Position numbers and translations under genes: made by a program
Origin: an uncultured Chloroflexia bacterium
GTDB lineage: Bacteria; Chloroflexota; Anaerolineae; Anaerolineales; E44-bin32
DNA length: 64,000 nt
Assembly: GCA_963743255.1 (NCBI GenBank)
Contig: CAVUPD010000001.1
Span: 25,025-89,024 of the forward strand
Direction of reading: 5' to 3'
The notes under the pieces: generated by a model
The model's database searches: none
The model's input: only the letters and a program-made list of their open reading frames with translations
What the model was told of the DNA's origin: nothing
Part shown: one piece after another, positions 42,555 to 53,657 of the stretch
How positions within the stretch are numbered: the first letter of the stretch is position 1
Layout of the letters: the number at the start of each line of letters is the position of its first letter

Positions 42555-43688
42555 TCAAGTGTAGCGGCGCGGGACACGGGCGGTGATCCCGCATACGACT
42601 TCGTAGGCGATCGTCCCCCAGGCCGACGCCAGGTCCTCGGCGCGCAGCCGTTCCCCGTCCTGAGCGCCGATCAGCACCACCTCATCGCCGGCCCGGGCCT
42701 CCGGCGCCGCATCCAACTGCACCAGCACCTGGTCCATGCACACTCGGCCGACGATGGGCACGCGTCGTCCGCCGACGAGCACCTGGTTTCCGTCGGTGCG
42801 GCGATATCCGTCGCCATACCCCACGGCGGCAGTCCCGATGCGCTCGTCGCGCGCCGTGGTGTATTGGTGACTGTAGCTCACCCCGCGCCCAGACGGCACA
42901 ACCTTCACCTGGGTCAACACGGCTTTCCAGGAGAGCGCCGGTTGCAGCGCCGACGGTAAGGGGCACAGGGGGGAGGGCTCGAGGCCGTACAGGGCGATGC
43001 CGGGCCGCACCAGGTCGAAGCGCGCGCTCCGCCGCAGGAGCATGCCGGCGGAGTTGGCCGCGTGGACCAACCCGGGGCGCAACCCTGCGGCAGTCAGTGC
43101 CGATTCGACGGAACGAAGTTCTGATTCCTGGGTTTGTGTGACGCCGGAGGCAGGGTCGTCGGCGTACGCAAAGTGGGTGAATACGCCCTCGAGTGTGACG
43201 CCGTCGGTTTCTCCAATCCGGCGGGCAAACTCGACTGCCTCGGGCGGTTGCACGCCCAGGCGGGCCATCCCGGTGTCGACCTTGAGGTGCAGGCGCGCCT
43301 TCCGGCCGAGGGTGCGCGCCACGCCGGCGATCTCTTCGACCTGCGACGCGCTCCACACGGTCAGCGAGACGGACCCGGCCACCAGTTCCGCCAGCGCCTC
43401 GCGGGGCGCCCAACCGAGCAGCAGGATCGGGCAGCCCAACCCGCCTCGACGCAGCTCGAGGGCCTCCTCGGGCCGAGCCACGCCGCACCACGTCGCCCCG
43501 CCGCGCAGCGCGGCGGTGGCGGCCGGAACCGCACCGTGACCGTAGCCGTTGGCTTTCACCACGGCCATCAGCGGCACCGATGCCAGGCGCACCAGGTGGC
43601 GAACGTTGGTCTCGAGACAGGCGAGATCGACTTCAACCCATGTCGCCAGTCGGGGTGCGGTGCGGGGAGCCGGAGCGGATGACGTCAT
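42555..43688 (-). CDS. alr: alanine racemase
   Basis: Intact 377 aa. AVVKANGYGHGAV (PLP lysine)...GVFTHFAYADD...RPGIALYG...YGDGYRR...GRVCMDQ. Confidence 0.9.
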   Translation of the reverse strand: MTSSAPAPRTAPRLATWVEVDLACLETNVRHLVRLASVPLMAVVKANGYGHGAVPAATAALRGGATWCGVARPEEALELRRGGLGCPILLLGWAPREALAELVAGSVSLTVWSASQVEEIAGVARTLGRKARLHLKVDTGMARLGVQPPEAVEFARRIGETDGVTLEGVFTHFAYADDPASGVTQTQESELRSVESALTAAGLRPGLVHAANSAGMLLRRSARFDLVRPGIALYGLEPSPLCPLPSALQPALSWKAVLTQVKVVPSGRGVSYSHQYTTARDERIGTAAVGYGDGYRRTDGNQVLVGGRRVPIVGRVCMDQVLVQLDAAPEARAGDEVVLIGAQDGERLRAEDLASAWGTIAYEVVCGITARVPRRYT

Positions 43689-43748
43689 GGACGAGGCGCG
43701 CCTCAGGTGGCCGATTCTAGCACGCGGACAGGCTATAATCGGCGCGTC

Positions 43749-45552
43749 ATGCCCCCCTCCGCCGTCTTCCTGTTGGCGGTCATCACGATCGCCGCGGTCC
43801 TGCTCATCGCCACCCGGATCCGAGCCGACCTGGTCGCCCTGCTAACGCTCGTGACGCTGGCGCTCTCACGCCTGGTCACACCGGCGGAGGCGTTCGCCGG
43901 CTTCAGCAGCCCGGCCGTCCTGACGATCCTGGCGATCTTCATCATCTCGAGAGGCGATGCAGCAGACGGGCCTGACGCTTTTGCTCGGCCAACGCTTGCT
44001 CCGTTTCAGCGGCGGCGGGGAACGGCGGGCGGTCTTGTTCACCACGCTGGCGGCTGCGTTGCTCTCCCTGTTCATGAACAACCTGGCCGCCGCCGGCGTC
44101 CTGCTGCCAGCCGTGATCAGCGTCTCCCGACAGACGCGCACGGCGCCGTCGCGATTGCTGATGCCGCTGGCCTTCGGCACGATCCTCGGCGGCATGGCCA
44201 CGCTGCTGACGACCGCCAACATCATCGTCAGCGGGACGTTGCGCGACGCCGGGCTCGCGCCGTTCACGCTGCTGTCGTTCCTCCCCATCGGGATTCCGAT
44301 TGTCGCCGCAGGGGCGGCTTACCTGACGCTTGCCGGGCGGCGCTTGCTGCCCGAGCGCTATCCCGCCGGGCAGAGCGCCAGGGCCGTCCGGCTCCGCGCC
44401 GAGCTGACCACGATGTACGGAATCGAGCACACCTTGTGCGAGGTGCGCGTGCTGCCTGGTTCGGCCATGGCCGGGTTGTCGCTGCGTCAGGGCGAATGGG
44501 CCGGGCGGCTCGGCCTGACGGTCGTCGGCGTGGCGCACAACGGTCACGTGATCGTCTCGCCGTCACCGGACGAGATCATCCTCGAAGGCGATGTCGTGCT
44601 CGCCCAGGGGACAGCCGCACGATTGGACGTCCTGGCGTCCTACGGGCTGCGACAGCAGGCCGAACCCGAGATGGCTCATGAGGTCGCCAACTCCGAGGCG
44701 ATCCTGGGCGAGATCGTTCTTTCCCCCCACGCCCGGTCGGCGGGCAAGACACTGCGCGAGCTGCACTTCCGCGAGAAGTACGGGCTGAACGTCCTGGCCC
44801 TATGGCGCCGCGACAAGCCGGTGGTGGAGGGCGTGCCCGAGATGCGCCTGCAGCCCGGCGACGCGCTGCTCGTTCAGGGACCGGCGGAACGCTTCGGCCT
44901 GCTGCGCGATGAGCGCGACTTCCTGCTGTTGGAAGAGGATCCGGATGCGGTCCTGCGGCCGCGCAAGACGCGCCTGGCGGCCGGTATCACGCTGGTGACC
45001 TTGATCGTCGCGGCCATGGCCTGGTTGCCCGTCCCGGTGGCGGCGCTGGCGGGGACGGCGCTGCTGCTGCTTACCGGCTGTGTCTCGATGGACGACGGCT
45101 ACCGGGCGATCGAATGGAAGGCGATCTTCCTGATCGCCGGCATGTGGCCGCTGGGCACCGCCCTGGTCAGCACCGGGCTGGCCGACGTCGCCGCCAACGG
45201 GCTGCTAAGCGTCGCCCGCGATATGCCGTCACTCGCCCTGGCAGCGATCCTGCTCCTCGTCGCCGGGGTGCTCAGCCAGGTGATCGGCGGCCAGGTCGCC
45301 GTGCCGATCCTGCTGGCGCCGATCGCGGTGGCCATCGGACACGAGACGGGCGCCGACCCCCGCGGCCTGGCGATGGCCGTCGCCCTCGGCTCGTCCCTCG
45401 GGTTCCTCACCCCCGTCGGGCATCCGGTGAATACGCTGGTGATGGGCCCGGGCGGGTATGCCACACGCGATTTCCTCCGGGTCGGCGGATGGCTACTGTT
45501 GATCCTCGTGCCGCTCATCCTGGCCGGCCTTCATCTATTCTGGAACTTGTGA
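43749..45552 (+). CDS. SLC13/DASS-family permease with two central TrkA-C (RCK-C) domains (1 frameshift near 43950)
   Basis: MPPSAVFLLAVITIAAVLLIATRIRADLVALL...FAGFSSPAVLTILAIFIIS joins ORF 43957..45552 (FMNNLAAAGVLLPAV...). Two RCK-C-like segments: LCEVRVLPGSAMAGLSLRQ... and LGEIVLSPHARSAGKTLRELHFREKYGLNVLALWR. Confidence 0.75.
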
Positions 45553-45555
45553 CGC

Positions 45556-46678
45556 ATGATGCCTTTCACCTTTGACCTGGTGGGCCGCGATGGTCGCGGC
45601 CGCGCCGGAGTTTTCCACACCCCTCACGGCGACCTGCATACGCCGGTCTTCGCTCCCGTCGGCACGCAGGCCACCGTCAAGGCCGTCACGCCCGATCAAC
45701 TCCGGACCCTCGGCGCCAGCCTGGTGCTGGCCAACACCTACCATCTTTACTTGCGCCCCGGGGCACGCCGCGTGGCGGAGCGCGGCGGCCTGCACGCCTT
45801 CATGGCCTGGGACGGCCCGCTGCTCACGGACTTCGGCGGCTTCCAGGTCTTCTCGCTCGCCGACCGTCGCCAGATCGACGACGACGGTGTCACCTTCCAA
45901 TCGCACCTCGACGGTTCGACGCACCGCTTCACGCCCGAGTTGGTCATCGCCACCGAGGAGGACCTCGGGGCGGATATCATCATGGTGCTCGACGAGTGCG
46001 CCGAGCCTCATGACCGGGCCTACAACGAGCAGGCGCTGAAGCGCACGCACGTGTGGGCCGAACGCTGCCTGCGCGCCAAGCGGCGCGACGATCAGGCGCT
46101 GTTCGGGATCGTGCAGGGGGGCATCTTCCCCGACCTGCGGGCGCATTCGGCCGCTCACATCGCTTCCCTGGACTTCCCCGGCATCGCCATCGGGGGACTC
46201 TCGGTCGGTGAGTTCGAAGGACGACATGTTGGCGATGCTCGAGGCGGTCGATCCGATCCTTCCGGAAGACAGGCCGCGTTACCTGATGGGCGTCGGATCG
46301 CCGGAGGACCTGGTGGAAGGCGTCGTGCGCGGGATCGATCTGTTCGACTGCGTCCTCCCGACGCGCATGGCGCGCAACCACGCCGCCCTGACACGCCAGG
46401 GCCGGCTCAACCTGCATAACGCGGCGTATGCCGAGGACGAGCGCCCGATCGACGGCGACTGCGACTGCTACGCCTGCCGCACCTTCACCCGCGCCTACCT
46501 GCGGCATCTGATCGTGGCCGGCGAGATGTTGTCGGCCACCCTGCTCTCGATCCACAACCTGCGCCTCTTGATCTCTCTGGCCGCCGATCTGCGCGTGGCG
46601 GTCCTCGCCGGATCGCTGCCGGCGTTCGCCGCCGATTTCCGTGCCGGCTACCAAAAGCACCGGCCGGAGGAGGAGTAG
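45556..46678 (+). CDS. tgt: tRNA-guanine transglycosylase (queuine tRNA-ribosyltransferase) (1 frameshift at ~46213)
   Basis: RAGVFHTPHGDLHTPVFAPVGTQATVKAV...LANTYHLYLRPG...GIVQGG...GIAIGGLSVGE joins the 46208..46678 frame: RPRYLMGVGSPEDLVEGVVRGIDLFDCVLPTRMARN...CDCYACRTFTRAYLRHL (zinc site). Confidence 0.85.
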
Positions 46679-46681
46679 TCG

Positions 46682-47511
46682 TTGACCCTGTTCCAGGCGC
46701 TCGTCCTCGGGATCGTCCAGGGCCTCACCGAATACCTGCCGGTGTCGTCGTCGGCCCACCTGGTTCTGGTGCCGTGGGCGCTCGGATGGGAGTTCGATCC
46801 CGGCGCGGCGTTCGCCTTCGACGTCCTGGTGCAGATGGGGACGCTCGTGGCCGTCATCGCCTACTTCTGGAAAGACCTGGTCCACATGCTGCGCGCCACC
46901 CTCCAGGCGCTGGTCCACCGCCAGGCTATCCAGGATCCCTATGTACGGCTGGCGGTCTTGATTGTCCTGGGGACGATCCCCGCCGTCATCGCCGGCGTGG
47001 CATTGAAGGACATCGTGGAAACCGCCTTCGGCAGTCCCGCTGGCAACCTCCGGCTTCCTGCTGGCAACCGCAGCGCTGCTTCTGGCGGGCGAGCGGATCG
47101 GCAAGCGCCTCAGGCCCCTCGAGTTGGCCACATGGACGGACGCCGTCTGGATCGGCCTGGCGCAGGCACTGGCGTTGTTCCCGGGTCTCTCGCGATCGGG
47201 AGCAACCATCTCGGCCGGGCTGATGCGCGGCCTCGATCGGCCCGGCGCGGCGCGCTTCTCGTTCTTGCTTTCGATCCCGGTCATGATCGGCGCCGGTGTG
47301 CTTGCCCTCGGCGACCTCGCCGCGCTGCCCAGCGCCGCGGCCTACGTGCCTGCCGGTGCTGGTCGGATTCGCTTCCGCCGCGATCGTCGGCTACGCCTCG
47401 ATCCGCTGGCTGCTGGGTTTCGTCACGCGGCACTCGCTGGCCGTCTTCAGCGCCTACTGCGCGCTCGTCGGGCTGCTCGGTCTGACGATCGGGCTCGTGC
47501 GAGGCGGCTGA
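46682..47511 (+). CDS. uppP: undecaprenyl-diphosphate phosphatase (at least 2 frameshifts near 47046 and 47340)
   Basis: TTG start. [29 protein letters not shown]; then [20 protein letters not shown]...[14 protein letters not shown]; then the tail of ORF 47296..47511. Confidence 0.85.
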
Positions 47512-48321
47512 TGTCCTGGAGACTCTCCACGGTTCTCCCTGGGATGGCCGCGCGGCTGGCGCCCGGTGCGGCGGCGCTGTCGATGGTGATCAGCGCCGCG
47601 CTCGGCGCCTGCTCACCCACGCCCACCCCGACGCCGGTCCCCGGCCCTGTCCCGCGGGTGGCCGTGACACCCGCCTTTGCGCCTCGCGTCCTGGCATGGG
47701 CGCACGCTTATCTGGAGGAGCTCGGCCCCCTTCCGTTCGACCTGGAGATCGTGCAGGCCGGCGTGGCACTCGAAGGGGTTGGGTCGGGGAGAGTATGTCG
47801 TCGCCATCGGAGCGCTCGTGCCGCAGGACGGCTGGTTCGCGACCACGCTGGCCCGCGATCCGATCGCGGTCGTGTCGGGCAGCGGCTCGGGCGTGAGCGA
47901 GGTGACGCGGCGTGCCCTGGTCGACCTGCTTGCCGGCCGCACCCTCCGCTGGTCTGAGCTTGGCGGGAATGACCGGGCCGTGCAGCCCGTCCTCTCATTG
48001 CCCGGGGACGACTTGCGACAGGTCCTCGACGAATTGCTGATGCTCGGTCGGCCTTACGCCTCCGGCTCGCGCCTGATCGCCACACCCGACCAGGCACTCG
48101 GGCTGCTGGAAGAAGATCCTGGGGCATTGGCTTTGCTCCCGCTCAGCTCCCTGCCTGCCGGGAGCATTCCCCTTCGTCTGGATGGCGTGCTGCCTGAGTC
48201 CGAGGCGCGTGTCCCGGACAGCTACGGGCTGGTGGCACAGGTCGTCGCCATCGCACCGAGCGAGCCGCGAGGGCCGGTGCGCGATTGGCTGGCGTGGATT
48301 CAGGCGGTGGAGGGGAAGTGA
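47511..48321 (+). CDS. periplasmic substrate-binding-like lipoprotein (PBP-like, phosphate-binding-type fold; 1 frameshift near 47790)
   Basis: [34 protein letters not shown] (lipobox). The ATG overlaps the uppP stop (TGATG). 47677..48321 frame: [35 protein letters not shown]. Confidence 0.55.
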
Positions 48322-48571
<250 letters not shown>

Positions 48572-49223
48572 TCATCCCCCCAGAAACGGATTCGTCGTCC
48601 GCTCCCTGCCGACCGTCGTCGAAGGCCCATGCCCGGGGTAGATCTGGACCTCATCCGGCAGGTTGAGGATGCGGCTGTGGATGCTGGCCAGCAGTGTCTC
48701 CCAATCCCCGCCCGGCAGGTCGGTGCGGCCGACACTGCCTTCGAAGAGCACGTCGCCGCAGAACAGACAGCTTTGCCGCGCGCAGTAGAACATGACGTGA
48801 CCGGGCGCATGCCCGGGGGCATGCCGCACCTCGAAGGTGAATGCACCGAGCAAGAGCTGCATGCCGTCGGCCAGCTCGATCGTCGGCTCCGGACCCGGAT
48901 CAAACGCGGGAATGCCGAACCATGCCGCGCCGCCATTCAAGCGCCACATGGGCTGGTCGAGCGGGTGCAGGGCGACGCGCTGGCGCCGGATCAACCCCGT
49001 CGGCCACTCCTCCGGCCCCGCCGAAATGATCGAAATGCGCGTGCGTCAGCCAGAGATCGGTGATCTGCCACCCGCGCTGTTCGGCCTCCCGGACGATCGC
49101 CGCACCGTCCCACGCCGGATCGATCACCGCCGCCACCCGGGCCTCCGGGTCGGCCACCAGATACGAATTGGTTTGCACCGGACCAAGCGTCATCGTCACG
49201 ATGGACAGGGCAGCAGGCTCCAT
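48572..49223 (-). CDS. MBL-fold metallo-hydrolase, hydroxyacylglutathione hydrolase-like (1 frameshift near 48990)
   Basis: 48900..49223 frame: TNSYLVADPEARVAAVIDP...LWLTHAHFDHFGG (HxHxDH). It joins the 48572..48994 frame: FEVRHAPGHAPGHVMFY...LFCGDVLFEGSVGRTDLPGGD...IYPGHGPSTTVGRE. Confidence 0.8.
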
Positions 49224-49232
49224 GCAATCTCC

Positions 49233-49862
49233 TCAACGTGTGCGCGGCAGGCAGGCAGCGAACCACAAGATCCCGCCGGCAAGCCCCAGGATGCCGGCGG
49301 CCCACGTCGCGGCGGGCGCCGAGAGGCCGGCTAGCGTGCGAACCGGGAGCAACGAGCTCGCGGGCCAGAAGCAGACGCTCCGCTTCGACTTCCCCTCCCG
49401 CCGCATGCCGCCGCAACCGGACCAGTATCGTAGCGGTGGCCTCGGGCGTGTGCCGTGCGACGAGGTTCCATGTGAAGGCAGTCGCTGGCCGCAGCGCCTG
49501 GCCCGATTCTCCAGCAGGGCTGACCTGGACCTCCGCCGAGACGACCTCGGCGGCCAGGGTGTAGACCGGAAGTTCGCGGCTGTCCGGCGAGACATGGACG
49601 GTTAGTTCGAGCCGCTCGCGACGGCCTTTCAGACGCCAGGCCGGGCGAATCGATCGCCACCGTCAGACCCGGAGCCGACGCAGCGTCACTCGATGTGGAC
49701 TCCGTCCGCAGGGAGACCCATGCGGACTGCACCTGTTCGGCGGACCATGCCAGCTCGACGCGCTGCCCGCGGGGACGGCCAGACGAGCCCTGCCGCCAGC
49801 AAGCCGCACGCCGTCAGGCTGACTGCACCCACCCATCGCAAGCCCCGGGTCCCCAGCCGCAT
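49233..49862 (-). CDS. hypothetical membrane-anchored protein (several frameshifts; boundaries tentative)
   Basis: MRLGTRGLRWVGAVSLTACGLLAAGLVWP (N-terminal anchor) at 49860-49862. Plausible continuations lie in the 49331..49732, 48991..49416 and 49233..49595 frames, ending in a hydrophobic tail (AATWAAGILGLAGGILWFAACL). No recognisable domain. Confidence 0.3.
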
Positions 49863-49941
49863 GCGCGCAGTATACCGCGGCACTTTGCTCCTCCGTGCGG
49901 CGATGCTAGACTCGTGGCAGTCTGAATAGGGGGAGGCGTGT

Positions 49942-51319
49942 ATGCCAGCGTACCCGGCTGAGCCGTTTCGCATCAAGGTCGTCGAGCCGATCCGCAGCCT
50001 CGATCGGGCACAACGCCTGTCGGCCATGAAGGCCGCCGGCTACAACGTGTTCGGGCTGCGCTCGGACGACATCTACGTCGACCTGCTGACCGACTCCGGG
50101 ACCGGCGCGATGAGCGACCGGCAGTGGGCAGCCATGATGCTGGGCGACGAGTTGTATGCCGGGGCACGCTCCTTCTATCGCCTGAAAGATGCCATCGACA
50201 CGATCTTCGGATTCCGCCACTTCATGCCCACCCATCAGGGCCGCGCCGCCGAGAACATCCTGACCAAGCTGCTGGTCAAGCCCGGACTGTTCATCCCGTC
50301 CAACACGCATTTCGACACGACCGAGGGCAACATCCTCGACCGCGGCGGCCGGCCGACGAACCTGGCCATTCCGGAAGCAGCGCATGCTTCCGATCTGCAT
50401 CCGTTCAAGGGCAACATGGACCTGGCGGCGCTGGAGGCGTTCATCGAGCGCGTTCGGCGCGGAGAACATCCCTCTGGGCATGATGACCATCACCAGCAAC
50501 GGCGTGGGCGGGCAGCCGGTCTCGCTCGAGAATCTGCGCCAGGTGAGTGCGATCTACCGCCGGCACCGGATTCCGTTCTTCATCGACGCCTGCCGCTACG
50601 CCGAGAATGCCTTCTTCATCCAACAGCGGGAGCCGGGCTGCTCCCAGTTGCCGGTGCGCGAGATCGCCCGGCAGATGTTCGCGCTGGCCGACGGCGCCAC
50701 GATGAGCGCCAAGAAGGACGCCATTGTCAACATGGGCGGCTTCCTGGCGATGAACGATGACGAGCTGTATCAGAGCGCCTGCAACGAGCTGATCTTGCGC
50801 GAGGGGTTCCCAACTTACGGCGGGCTGTCCGGCCGCGATCTCGACGCGATGGCCGTCGGCCTGTGGGAGGGCCTGGAGGAAGGGTATCTGGCGTACCAGG
50901 TCGGCCAGGTGGCCTACCTGGCGCAGCGCATGTTGGACCTCGGCGTGCCGGTGATCCAGCCTCCAGGCGGCCACGCCGTGTACATCGATGCCGGCGCGTT
51001 CCTGGCGCACATCCCGCGCGGCGAATTCCCCGGTCAGGCGTTGGCCGTCGAGCTGTACCTGGAAGGCGGCGTGCGCGGCGTCGAGCTGGGCTCGGTGATG
51101 TTTGCGCGGGTAGAGGAAGCAACCGGCGAAATGGTCTACCCGTTGATGGAGCTTGTGCGTCTGGCGCTGCCGCGGCGCACGTACACGCAGGCCCACCTTG
51201 ATTTCGTGGCGGAGGCGGTCGGCCGCATCGCCGCCCGCAAGACCGAGGTCCGCGGCTACCGCATCACCTACCAGCCCCGGCTGATGCGCCACTTCACGGC
51301 GCGATTCGAGCCGCTCTGA
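49942..51319 (+). CDS. tnaA: beta-eliminating lyase, tryptophanase/tyrosine phenol-lyase family (1 frameshift at ~50453)
   Basis: [52 protein letters not shown]...HQGRAAE joins the 50384..51319 frame: [19 protein letters not shown]...[15 protein letters not shown]...[17 protein letters not shown] (PLP lysine). GGGAGG RBS. Trp versus Tyr specificity is not resolvable by eye. Confidence 0.8.
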
Positions 51320-51574
51320 TCCCCGATCGCGCGACGATCTGCCCATCGCGTGAAGGGGCAAGGCATGCCGTGGAGCGGGGTGCGCAATGCGGCAAGTCGA
51401 GTCTGCCCTCCGGCCTGCATCGGACTAGATTCGCCCTGTTGGGCGTCTGATTCCGAAACTGGCAGCACATGCCGTCTGTTCCCACCGGGAAGGGGGTGAT
51501 AGGTCGCACAAACGCATCGCGCATGATGACCGCTTGTTGGGCAGCAACTCACTCTTCCAGCTAGGGAGGCATCG

Positions 51575-51892
51575 ATGCCACTCTTTGGATCCAAACCCAA
51601 GAAGGGCTATTTGTTCATCTCTTACAGACAAAGCCCTCCAACAGATGCGCAGAAAGAGGAGATCGTGTCCTCCTTCGGGAGGGGCAAGATGCCAGTTGTG
51701 TTCGCCGAGGCGCGTCCGTTGCCGAACGAATGGGAGACATGGTCTAGCCAGCTCCGCGATGCCCATCTCGGACTGGAGACCAGTGTTTACCTTGCCCAAA
51801 AAGGCATAGGGCAGGGGCCCGGGAAACTGAAGCAGGAGTCTCGTGAGATGAGCGGATTCTTGGTGACCATCGTAAGTGGTGACCTAGACTAG
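51575..51892 (+). CDS. hypothetical 105-aa protein in a lower-GC islet
   Basis: GGGAGG 7 nt before the ATG. A/T-ending codon usage unlike the neighbours. N-terminal KKGYLFISYRQ is vaguely TIR-like, but the protein is too short for a domain call. Confidence 0.45.
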   Translation: MPLFGSKPKKGYLFISYRQSPPTDAQKEEIVSSFGRGKMPVVFAEARPLPNEWETWSSQLRDAHLGLETSVYLAQKGIGQGPGKLKQESREMSGFLVTIVSGDLD

Positions 51893-52105
51893 GGGATCCT
51901 GCTACTTCCGGCCGGCGCCACTTCAGGGCTTGGGACGGCTTGCCAGACATGGCCTGAAGGTGAATGAGCGCTTCGGAGGAACCCGGTATGGTGATCGCGC
52001 AAACCGGGAGAGGTCGGCGTCCGTCACACGATTGGCAACTCTCCAGCTGCTTCCCGCAGTGCAGGCAAGTTGTCGCGAGCGATCCCCAGGGAGAGGATTC
52101 TCGGG

Positions 52106-52180
52106 CCGCCCTAGAACGGACTGAAGTTGACCCGGCGGGCTGGGCATCAATCGGAGCTTGCCCGGTCTACCGAATGATCC
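52106..52180 (+). repeat. decayed attC-like element (same family as 60396, 62111, 62963)
   Basis: GCCGCCCTAGAACGGACTGAAGTTGACCCGGCGGGCTGGGC aligns with GCCGCCTAACAACTCGCTGAAGCTGACCCGGCGGGCTGGGC of the 60.4-kb site. The RYYYAAC box is mutated (CTAGAAC), no GTTRRRY partner is present, and the 3' arm is partial (GCTTGCCCGGTC). Confidence 0.5.
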
Positions 52181-52315
52181 GATCCTTCGTGCCGTGCCCG
52201 TGCAGCCAGATCCAGCCCGCACTCGCCCCCCGAGGCAACCTTCAAATGCGATGCACGCCAAATGTCCCACGCGGGTGATGCTCCATCCGGACGCCGATCA
52301 TCCCTGCCCGGAAAA

Positions 52316-52347
52316 GTGCAGGGGCACGGCATGCCGTGCCCCTGCAC
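52316..52347. repeat. REP-like perfect palindrome / terminator after the MFS gene
   Basis: GTGCAGGGGCACGGCATGCCGTGCCCCTGCAC, a 32-nt perfect palindrome centred on GCATGC, 39 nt downstream of the minus-strand stop at 52386. Confidence 0.65.
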
Positions 52348-52385
52348 CGTCATCTCCCACCCGGCCACCTTCCCGCCGTGGTGGG

Positions 52386-53657
52386 CTACAGGAGCCGAGG
52401 GCCCGTTTCGTCCTGCACCGGCTGGTGACGGAACCCGCGATACAGGAGCAGGTCATAGGCCAGCTTGATGCTCCCCGCCAGGAAGAAGGGAAGACTCATC
52501 CACGCGCCTGAGGCGACCATCGCCGAGGCCAGTCCGGGCGACAGCGCTGCGCCGGTCGTGCGGGCAACACCCGTGACGCCGGCCGCGGCCGAGCGTTCCT
52601 CGGGGTCCACCAGACCCATCGTGTACGACTGCCGGGCGGGGACATCCATCTGCGAAATCATGTAGCGAAGCAGCAGGAGTGCGACCGCCAGCGGCAGGGA
52701 AGGCATGAGCGGCACCAGGACGAGCAGCAAGTTGGAGGGGATGTGGGTGAAGACCATCGTCCGGATCAACCCGAAGCGTCGGGCAAGCCGCGCCGCCATA
52801 AGGGCTGAGATCCCGGCCAGCAGGTTCGTGGCAAAGAAGATCGCTCCCAGCGCGGCCGGCGAGACCTGGAAGCGCAGGTGAAACCAGTACGCCACGACGG
52901 TCTGGACGACGAAGCCGCCCCCGAACGCATCCAGCGAGAACAGTCCCGAGAGACGGAGAACGGCCCGGCGCGACCGCCCCAACCCCCACCAGCCTCGATC
53001 ACCGCGCGAGTCGCGAAGAGTCTCAACCCTGGGGGAAAGAAATCCGAACGCCACGGCCAGCACCAGGCCCATGGCAGCGTACAGCATCAGTACGGCCCGA
53101 TAGCCCTCCAGGGCCGAACTCCCGGCATCGATTCGGGACTGCGTCAGGATGCCTGCGACAACGGCGCCAAGCGCCGTGGCAAAAGACCCACACAGGTTGT
53201 ACCAGGCGAAGACCGAGGTTCGCTTAGCCGGTGAGACCAGGAGCGTGAGGCCTGCCTGTTCGACGGCTAGAAACGGTCCCACCTCATACCCGCTCGGGCT
53301 GATGACCCCGATGGTCGCCGCCGCCAGCAGCAGGGGTACGTTTCCGGTGGCGGCAAAGACGGCCCCGGCGCCGATCATCAATCCGGCACCGGTCAAGAGC
53401 GTGCGGCGGCGGCCGAACCGGTCGGCGTGCGTCGTCAGCCAAAGCGAGATGGCCGTGTCGCCAAGCAGCGTCAGCGTCAGCAACAGGCCGATGGTGGCTT
53501 CGCCGAGGCCGCGCTGCACGAGGTAGAGAACCAGGATGACGGAGACGGCGCCGTAGGCGAACATGCGCGCCATGCGCGTGCCGAACAGCAGGTACAGATC
53601 GAGGCTCGGGCGAGGCACGCGCGCCGTCAGCCTGCGCGGCTTACCTGGAGCCGGCAC
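52386..53657 (-). CDS. MFS transporter
   Basis: Intact 423-aa ORF with a 12-TM-like pattern. LGDTAISLWLTTHADRFGRRRTLL (motif A). The real start may be the internal MARMFAYG (53573), because the first 31 nt overlap the upstream gene. Confidence 0.8.
   Translation of the reverse strand: MPAPGKPRRLTARVPRPSLDLYLLFGTRMARMFAYGAVSVILVLYLVQRGLGEATIGLLLTLTLLGDTAISLWLTTHADRFGRRRTLLTGAGLMIGAGAVFAATGNVPLLLAAATIGVISPSGYEVGPFLAVEQAGLTLLVSPAKRTSVFAWYNLCGSFATALGAVVAGILTQSRIDAGSSALEGYRAVLMLYAAMGLVLAVAFGFLSPRVETLRDSRGDRGWWGLGRSRRAVLRLSGLFSLDAFGGGFVVQTVVAYWFHLRFQVSPAALGAIFFATNLLAGISALMAARLARRFGLIRTMVFTHIPSNLLLVLVPLMPSLPLAVALLLLRYMISQMDVPARQSYTMGLVDPEERSAAAGVTGVARTTGAALSPGLASAMVASGAWMSLPFFLAGSIKLAYDLLLYRGFRHQPVQDETGPRLL

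Noticed and set aside
51575-51892. TIR-domain defence protein call for the 105-aa ORF (FISY motif).
   Set aside because: The only support is a 4-6 residue resemblance at the N-terminus, and the length is below that of a full TIR domain. It is kept as hypothetical.
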